This document shows, in pieces, positions 57,866 through 64,000 of a DNA stretch of 64,000 bases. The stretch lies in assembly GCA_951812955.1 (NCBI GenBank), contig OX638340.1:2400001-2464000 (forward strand), given 5' to 3'. Numbering within the stretch: the first letter of the stretch is position 1; the number at the start of each line of letters is the position of its first letter. Under the pieces are notes generated by a model, which made no database searches, was not told where the DNA came from, and worked only from the letters and a program-made list of their open reading frames with translations. The DNA comes from an uncultured Gemmatimonadota bacterium (lineage in GTDB: Bacteria > JAAXHH01). The position numbers and the translations under genes were made by a program.

Positions 57866-60637
57866 CTATGCTCCGGACTTCAGCAGGCCGCGCAGCACGT
57901 ACTGCAAAATGCCTCCGTGGCGGTAGTATTCCACCTCGACCGGCGTGTCGATGCGCGTGATGGTGTCGAAATTCTTTACCTTACCGTCGTCTGACGTCAC
58001 GCGGACACGGACGCGCTGTCGGGGCGCGATGCCGCCCTCGATCCCCTCGATGTCGTAGGTCTCAAAGCCGGTCAGGCCGAGTGAATCGGCGCTCTCCCCT
58101 TCCTCGAACTGGAGGGGCAGGATGCCCATGCCGATGAGATTGCTGCGGTGGATGCGCTCGTAGCTCTCCACGATGACGGCCCGGACGCCGAGGAGGTTGG
58201 GTCCCTTGGCGGCCCAGTCCCGGGACGAACCGGATCCGTACTCCTTGCCGGCGATGACGACCAGGGGCGTGCCGGACGCGCGGTATCCCATGGCGGCGTC
58301 GTAGATGGCGACCGGCTCGGTGTCGGGCGAAGTTTTTGTCCAGCCGCCCTCAGTTCCCGGCGCCAGGCGGTTACGCAACCGGATGTTGGCGAAGGTGCCC
58401 CGCATCATGACTTCGTGATTGCCCCGCCGCGCGCCGTACGAATTGAAGTCCTTCGGCGCGACGCCGCGCTCGACCAGGTATCGGCCCGAGGGACTGTCGG
58501 CCTGGATCGAACCGGCCGGCGAGATGTGGTCCGTCGTGACGGAATCGCCGAGCACCGCCAGTACGCGGGCGCCCCGTATATCCGAGATATCGCCTGGTTC
58601 CATCTGCATGCCGTCGAAGTAGGGCGGAAGCTTCACGTAGGTGGAAGCGTCGTCCCAGGCATAGGACTCGTCCCGGGTCGCGGCCAGTTCCGCCCAGCGG
58701 TCGTCCCCCGTGAAGACGTCGGCGTAGATGGACTGGAACATCTCCCGGCGCACCGAGACGCGCACGGCCTCACGGACTTCATCCGGCGTCGGCCAGATGT
58801 CGCGCAGATATACATCGTCACCCTTCGGGTCGGTACCAATAGGCTCGGTGTACAGGTCCACGTCCATGCGCCCGGCGATCGCGTAGGCGACCACCAGCGG
58901 CGGCGAGGCCAGGTAATTGGCCTTGACGATGGGATTCACGCGGCCTTCGAAATTGCGGTTTCCACTCAGCACGGCGGCCGCGACGAGCTTCGACTCCCGC
59001 ACCGCGTCTCCGATGGGGGCGGGTACGGGCCCGCTGTTACCGATGCACGTCGTGCAGCCGTAGCCCACGACGTGGAACCGGAGCTGCTCCAGGTAGGAGA
59101 GGAGGCCCATGTCTTCCAGGTACCGGGTCACGACCTGCGATCCCGGCGCGAGGCTGGTCTTCACCCAGGGCCGGGTGGACAGGCCCCGTTCGACGGCTTT
59201 CCTCGCCAGTACCCCGGCGGCCGCGAGGACGGCCGGATTGGACGTATTCGTGCAGCTGGTAATCGCGGCGATCACGACCGATCCGTGTCCCACTTCGAAG
59301 GACGATCCGTCCATATCGACGGCCGCTTTCTTCGTCAGCGTGCCCAGATCGCCAGGTGTGTGCCCGTTGCCGTCCACCCACTGGTCGACGGTATCATCGG
59401 ACAGGCCCGGGTTCTCGTCGGACAGCATAGAGGCCAGTTCCCTCCGGAAGGAAGGTTTCATACTGGACAGCGACACGCGGTCCTGGGGCCTGCGCGGCCC
59501 AGCCATGCTCGGTTCCACGGAGCCCAGGTCGAGATCCAATGCGTCAGCGAAATGGGGATCGGGTGAATCGGAAGTGCGGAACAGGCCCTGCGCTTTCGTG
59601 TATGCCTCCACCAGGGCGATCTCCTCACGTCCGCGACCGGTCAGTTCCATGTAGGTCAGCGTCTCGCCGTCGATGGGGAAGAACCCTACAGTGGCCCCGT
59701 ATTCGGGCGCCATGTTGGCGATCGTGGCCCGGTCGGGCAGAGAGAGGCTGTCCAGGCCCGGACCGTAGAATTCGACGAACTTGCCGACGACGCCGTGAGC
59801 CCGGAGCATCTGAGTTACCGTAAGGACCAGGTCCGTGGCCGTGGCCCCGGCCGGCAGCGCTCCCGTCATCTTGAACCCCACCACGGACGGGATGAGCATG
59901 GATACCGGCTGTCCCAGCATCGCCGCTTCCGCCTCGATGCCGCCGACGCCCCAGCCGACGACGCCGAGTCCGTTGATCATGGTCGTATGGGAGTCAGTGC
60001 CCACCAGCGTGTCGGGATAGGCGATCGTTCCACCGTCGCGCTCCCGGACGAAGACAACCTTGGCCAGGTACTCGAGGTTGACCTGGTGCACGATGCCCGT
60101 GCCGGGCGGGACGACGCGGAAGTTGTCGAAGGCCCGCTGTCCCCACTTCAGGAAGAGATACCGCTCCTGGTTGCGGTCGAATTCGCGGTCCACGTTGGCC
60201 GCGAAGGCCCGGCGGGTTCCGAACTCGTCCACCTGGACGGAGTGGTCGATGACCAGGTCCACATCCTGCAGGGGATTGATGCGGTCGGCCGCGCCGCCCA
60301 GTTTTCCTATGGCGTCCCGCATGGCCGCCAGGTCGACGACGGCCGGCACGCCCGTGAAGTCCTGCATCAGGACCCGCGCGGGCCGGAAGGCGATCTCCCG
60401 TTCAGATGTTCCGGCTCCCACGCTCTCCACGACGGCGGCCACATCTTCGGCGGAGACCACCACGCCGTCTTCGTGTCGCAGCAGGTTTTCCACCATGACT
60501 TTGAGGGAAAAGGGCAGGCGGGAAATGTCACCGACGCCGCCCTCCATGGCCCGCGTAAGCGAATAGTAGGTGCTGGTGCTTCCGCCCGTGCTCAATTCGG
60601 CGCGGGCACCGAAGCTGTCCTGGTGTCTCGTGGTCAT
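57866..60637 (-). CDS. acnA: aconitate hydratase A
   Basis: about 923 aa from MTTRHQD; full AcnA/IRP layout including Fe-S cysteines ([14 protein letters not shown]) and SRDWAAKG... [12 protein letters not shown]. Confidence 0.95.
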   Translation of the reverse strand: MTTRHQDSFGARAELSTGGSTSTYYSLTRAMEGGVGDISRLPFSLKVMVENLLRHEDGVVVSAEDVAAVVESVGAGTSEREIAFRPARVLMQDFTGVPAVVDLAAMRDAIGKLGGAADRINPLQDVDLVIDHSVQVDEFGTRRAFAANVDREFDRNQERYLFLKWGQRAFDNFRVVPPGTGIVHQVNLEYLAKVVFVRERDGGTIAYPDTLVGTDSHTTMINGLGVVGWGVGGIEAEAAMLGQPVSMLIPSVVGFKMTGALPAGATATDLVLTVTQMLRAHGVVGKFVEFYGPGLDSLSLPDRATIANMAPEYGATVGFFPIDGETLTYMELTGRGREEIALVEAYTKAQGLFRTSDSPDPHFADALDLDLGSVEPSMAGPRRPQDRVSLSSMKPSFRRELASMLSDENPGLSDDTVDQWVDGNGHTPGDLGTLTKKAAVDMDGSSFEVGHGSVVIAAITSCTNTSNPAVLAAAGVLARKAVERGLSTRPWVKTSLAPGSQVVTRYLEDMGLLSYLEQLRFHVVGYGCTTCIGNSGPVPAPIGDAVRESKLVAAAVLSGNRNFEGRVNPIVKANYLASPPLVVAYAIAGRMDVDLYTEPIGTDPKGDDVYLRDIWPTPDEVREAVRVSVRREMFQSIYADVFTGDDRWAELAATRDESYAWDDASTYVKLPPYFDGMQMEPGDISDIRGARVLAVLGDSVTTDHISPAGSIQADSPSGRYLVERGVAPKDFNSYGARRGNHEVMMRGTFANIRLRNRLAPGTEGGWTKTSPDTEPVAIYDAAMGYRASGTPLVVIAGKEYGSGSSRDWAAKGPNLLGVRAVIVESYERIHRSNLIGMGILPLQFEEGESADSLGLTGFETYDIEGIEGGIAPRQRVRVRVTSDDGKVKNFDTITRIDTPVEVEYYRHGGILQYVLRGLLKSGA

Positions 60638-60908
60638 GCGCAACTCCGTCTTGCCCGTTCGCACTGGACGGTCGTGAAAGTGATTCTGTGGCTGGACCGA
60701 CCGGTTGCGCCTGTGGGGCGTAGATCCCTGCGGGACGGGCGAAATGGTCGTTTTCTCAAGAAAAAGCAACGTAAGAGCAAATCAGAAGGATGTCAAGCAC
60801 AAACCATCAGCGTAATAGGTACGGATACCTTGACAAACGGGGGTTCCCGGCCTACCATCATAGCGCTTCGAATCGTCGAATAACCCCGATTCCCGGAAGG
60901 GAGAAACA

Positions 60909-61787
60909 ATGCCGGCTACAGGCACGACGCTCCGCGTTCTCGCCCGTGTGGCAGGCCGGCTGTACCGCGACCTTCCCCGGGTCGGCGTGTTATGCCTGGC
61001 GCTCGCCCTGACATTGGACGCCGCAGCAGGGTCCTGGCGTTTCGCCGCGCCGCAACAGCGGCTGTTCCGTCCGCTCCTGGCCGACCCGACCGAGGCGCGG
61101 TTAGCCGTCACAACGAATCTCAACAACCGGCTGAACGGCAATATCGGAGCTTCCTGGGAGGCAGCGGACTATACATGGGACGCAGCGGGCCTGCTGCGAT
61201 TCCGGACAGGGATCCACGCCGGCGTCTTCTCGAAACTTCGCTGGTCCGGTACGACCTTCCCTCTCGAAACCGCGGACTACCTGGTCGGATTTCACGCTGA
61301 CCTGGGCAACGACGGGATGACGGGCCGATTCGAGTACGCCCACGTAAGCGCCCACCTGGCCGACGGGTACGACGGACCGGAACGCGCCTTCACCTACAGC
61401 CGGGAGTACTTCACGCTGTATGGATCCTACGCGCGGGAAGCGCGCCGGGGAACCATGATCGGAAGCGTACGGGTCTATGGAAGCTTTCGGTGGTCGAACC
61501 ACGCCATCCCGGACGTGCGCCGATGGCGGGTCCAGGGCGGTGCGGAACTGGTCTCCGGTCCACTCGCGGGCGGGGCAACCCGCGCCTATCTCGCCGGCGA
61601 CCTGCGAGTTTTCCGGGACGGGGACGTAGCAATAAACCCCACAGTACAGGCAGGATTACTATTTCACAATGAGGCGAACAGGGGCCTACGCATCGCCCTG
61701 GTCTACCACGGGGGACGCAGCGAACACGGACAGTTTCACCACCTGGAAGACAACTACGGCGGCGTCGGACTGTTCTTCGACCTGTAA
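60909..61787 (+). CDS. hypothetical protein, possibly DUF1207-like outer-membrane protein
   Basis: 292 aa; signal-like N-terminus; beta-rich; C-terminal GVGLFFDL. Confidence 0.35.
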   Translation: MPATGTTLRVLARVAGRLYRDLPRVGVLCLALALTLDAAAGSWRFAAPQQRLFRPLLADPTEARLAVTTNLNNRLNGNIGASWEAADYTWDAAGLLRFRTGIHAGVFSKLRWSGTTFPLETADYLVGFHADLGNDGMTGRFEYAHVSAHLADGYDGPERAFTYSREYFTLYGSYAREARRGTMIGSVRVYGSFRWSNHAIPDVRRWRVQGGAELVSGPLAGGATRAYLAGDLRVFRDGDVAINPTVQAGLLFHNEANRGLRIALVYHGGRSEHGQFHHLEDNYGGVGLFFDL

Positions 61788-61949
61788 AAGCTGCACGGGA
61801 GTGGATTCGCACGGCGGAAGCCGCGTGCTGCACGGGAGTGGATTCGCACGGCAGAGACCGCGTGCTGTGCGGGAGAAGAAGCCGCGTGCTGCGCGGGAAA
61901 CCTGCACGGGAGAGCGGAACGTCCCGCCGCGTCGGAAACCCAAGCGAAA

Positions 61950-63143
61950 GTGACGATCATGAGCTTTCTCATCGACCTGGAATGCAGCGACTGCGGTAAA
62001 CGGCTGACGTCGGACGAGTTGCAGAACCTGTGTCCGGACTGCGCCAGGCCGCTTCTGGCAAGGTACGACACGGACGGTGCGGCCGAAGCGCTGACCCTGG
62101 AAACTCTGGCGGTACGAGAACCCAATATGTGGCGCTATCGCGAGATGCTTCCGGTACGCGACGAATCGGCCATCGTCACCCTGAGCGAGGGCGGCACGCC
62201 GCTGATCCACGCCCGGCGCCTGGGTGATCGCCTGGGCATGGACGGGCTATACATCAAGGATGAGTCCGTCAATCCTACCGGTTCATTCAAGGCGCGGGGC
62301 CTGTCCATGGCCGTGTCCCGCGCCCTTGAACTGGGGGCCGAGTCCCTGGCCATCCCGTCCGCCGGCAACGCGGCGGGGGCCCTCTCGGCCTACGGCGCCA
62401 AAGCCGGCATCCCCGTGTACGTGTTCATGCCCCGGGACACGCCCCGTCCCTTCATAGTCGAGTGCCGGGCCCACGGCGCGGCGGTGGAACTCGTCGATGG
62501 ACTGATTACGGACTGCGGCAAACTGGTGGCCGCCCGGAAGGACGCGGAAGGGTGGTTCGACGTGTCCACCCTGAAGGAACCTTACCGGGTGGAAGGCAAG
62601 AAGACCATGGGATACGAACTTGCGGAACAGTGCGGATGGGTGCTACCGGACGCGATCCTCTACCCCGCGGGGGGCGGGACTGGACTCATCGGCATGTGGA
62701 AGGCCTTCTCAGAGATGGAGGCCCTCGGATGGATCGGACCGGAGCGGCCCCGCATGATCGCGGTGCAGGCCGCCGGGTGCCAGCCCATCGTCCGCGCCTG
62801 GGAACAGCAATGGCCCGACGCCCCGGAATGGGAGAATGCCCGCACACTCGCCAGCGGACTGCGCGTGCCCGCCGCGGTGGGCGACAAGCTGATGCTGGCC
62901 GCGATCCGTGAGAGCGGCGGCGACGCAGTGGCCGTACCCGACGGCGACATGGTGAAAGGCGTGCGGGAGATCGGGACCTGCGAGGGCATCTTCGCGGCGC
63001 CCGAAGGCGGCGCCGTGCTGGCCGGACTGCGGAAAATGATCGCGCTGGGACGCATCGACCGGGCCGACCGGGTCGTGCTCTTCAACACGGGGAGCGGGCA
63101 CAAGTACGTGGACAACCTGGCGGAGTTGCATGAAGGAGCTTAG
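61950..63143 (+). CDS. thrC: threonine synthase (PLP-dependent, with N-terminal zinc ribbon)
   Basis: 397 aa; CSDCGKR...CPDC ribbon; PLP lysine block NPTGSFKARG; fold-type II PLP core. Confidence 0.9.
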   Translation: MTIMSFLIDLECSDCGKRLTSDELQNLCPDCARPLLARYDTDGAAEALTLETLAVREPNMWRYREMLPVRDESAIVTLSEGGTPLIHARRLGDRLGMDGLYIKDESVNPTGSFKARGLSMAVSRALELGAESLAIPSAGNAAGALSAYGAKAGIPVYVFMPRDTPRPFIVECRAHGAAVELVDGLITDCGKLVAARKDAEGWFDVSTLKEPYRVEGKKTMGYELAEQCGWVLPDAILYPAGGGTGLIGMWKAFSEMEALGWIGPERPRMIAVQAAGCQPIVRAWEQQWPDAPEWENARTLASGLRVPAAVGDKLMLAAIRESGGDAVAVPDGDMVKGVREIGTCEGIFAAPEGGAVLAGLRKMIALGRIDRADRVVLFNTGSGHKYVDNLAELHEGA

Positions 63144-63373
63144 CTATACGTAACGGATGTATGAGACCTTGTTTCATTGTCGGATTCGAGATTATGAGTT
63201 GCGCTCCGACTGTTATTTAAGACTTGCCAAATTGTGTCTGGAAGCATGAGGCGCAACCTTGAATCATGACCTGTTTCCGTTGACCATGAGGACGAACGGC
63301 GTCATATTCTTCGATAGAGGACGGAGCAGAATGGCCGGATTTACCGATCCACTCTTTCGAAGGGAAGATTGCC

Positions 63374-63667
63374 ATGAAAGTCAGGGTTACTGTTGTAATA
63401 GAACCTGATGGCGAGCAGTTTCATGCATACTGTCCTGCTTTGCCCGGTATCCATATCAATGGTTCTACGGTCGAGGAAGCCTGTGAACGGACCATACCTG
63501 CGATAGAATGGTATCTGGACTCTTTGGATGAGCAAGGCGACCCTATTCCCGTGGGGCCGGATCTGGATATCGAAGTGAATAAAGAAATCGTCGACCTCCT
63601 TTCAAAACCTTCCGATTCAACGGTCCAGAGCGTTGAGGTCCCATGGCCGTCAGCCGTTCCTCGTTAG
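63374..63667 (+). CDS. hicB: HicB-family antitoxin (UPF0150)
   Basis: 97 aa; VIEPDGEQFHAYCPALPGIHINGSTVEEACERTIPAIEWYL matches HicB N-domain. Confidence 0.7.
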   Translation: MKVRVTVVIEPDGEQFHAYCPALPGIHINGSTVEEACERTIPAIEWYLDSLDEQGDPIPVGPDLDIEVNKEIVDLLSKPSDSTVQSVEVPWPSAVPR

Positions 63668-63909
63668 AGCAACTCAAATCCAGAACCTCCGCCGATTTTA
63701 TACGCGCTCTTAAACGGGACGATTGGGAAGAATTGACGAACAGAGGTGCAACACGGCCATTCACCAAAACCAACGCTTCAGGTAAACGGCTTCGAGTAGT
63801 AATACATTATCACCCCAAAAACACCTATGGGCCCAAACTCCTGAAGTCACTGATGGAAGATACAGGTTGGACGGACGGTGATCTGAGACGACTTAAACTG
63901 ATCAGATAG
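63643..63909 (+). CDS. hicA: HicA-family mRNA interferase toxin
   Basis: 88 aa; FIRALKRDDWEE...RVVIHYHPKNTYGPKLLKSLMEDTGW matches HicA (YcfA-like) with catalytic His; 25-bp overlap with hicB. Confidence 0.7.
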   Translation: MAVSRSSLEQLKSRTSADFIRALKRDDWEELTNRGATRPFTKTNASGKRLRVVIHYHPKNTYGPKLLKSLMEDTGWTDGDLRRLKLIR

Positions 63910-63946
63910 TCATTCGGGCCAATTCCAACACATCCTTAAATAACCA

Positions 63947-64000
63947 ATGCGAAGATACGTCCTTTCCGTCACCGCACTGCTCCTCCTTTCCGCGCCTTCG
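63947..64000 (+). CDS. 5' fragment of a secreted-protein gene (partial at window edge)
   Basis: MRRYVLSVTALLLLSAPS... signal-peptide-like start; truncated by window end. Confidence 0.25.
   Translation, partial: MRRYVLSVTALLLLSAPS

Overview
This 64 kb window is a high-GC bacterial chromosomal segment, GC judged by eye to be above 60% over most of its length. It is densely coding on both strands, and almost every long antisense ORF in the track is a GC-driven shadow of a real gene. The left end carries a DUF5683-like gene, a motif typical of the FCB group (Bacteroidota, Rhodothermota, Gemmatimonadota). It also carries one very large secreted lipoprotein that combines Big_2 domains, three arrays of plant-type leucine-rich repeats (LRR) and a C-terminal HExxH zinc-peptidase domain closest to the M66/StcE type. 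Next come a GH32 fructosidase, an ACC-deaminase/D-cysteine-desulfhydrase-family enzyme and an unusual three-gene block: two ABC half-transporter exporters, each with an N-terminal PH-like plus zinc-ribbon extension, followed by a small cytosolic protein. The middle of the window is rich in DNA-repair and stress genes: Lhr helicase, a Cho/UvrC-like GIY-YIG nuclease, and a complete lexA-imuA-imuB-dnaE2 SOS mutagenesis cassette. That cassette is bracketed on both sides by COG1373/DUF4143 AAA ATPases and has a perfect 18-bp palindrome in the lexA divergent promoter. Scattered among these are toxin-antitoxin modules (VapBC, AbiEi/AbiEii-like, HicBA), a stand-alone PolB-type DEDDy exonuclease, a GNAT acetyltransferase and a TfoX-N protein. 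Further right are an OsmC peroxidase and an octaheme c-type cytochrome followed by an NrfH/NapC-like tetraheme cytochrome that appears frameshifted. From about 43.8 to 51.2 kb lies a clearly lower-GC island. It encodes an eight-gene minus-strand operon: a secreted Gly-rich peptide, a SpoIIM/DUF95-like protein, two Yip1-like membrane proteins, an M48 peptidase (with a second diverged paralog at the island edge), a secreted 406-aa unknown, a membrane-fusion protein and a MacB/FtsX-type permease with no cognate ATPase. The right end carries a large secreted protein, a single-polypeptide GAF-histidine kinase-receiver-OmpR regulator, gap, acnA, thrC and hicBA. No rRNA, tRNA or CRISPR arrays were recognised. 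The best candidates for something undescribed are the low-GC membrane/peptide operon, the PH/zinc-ribbon ABC exporter trio, and the association of COG1373 ATPases with the LexA-controlled mutasome.
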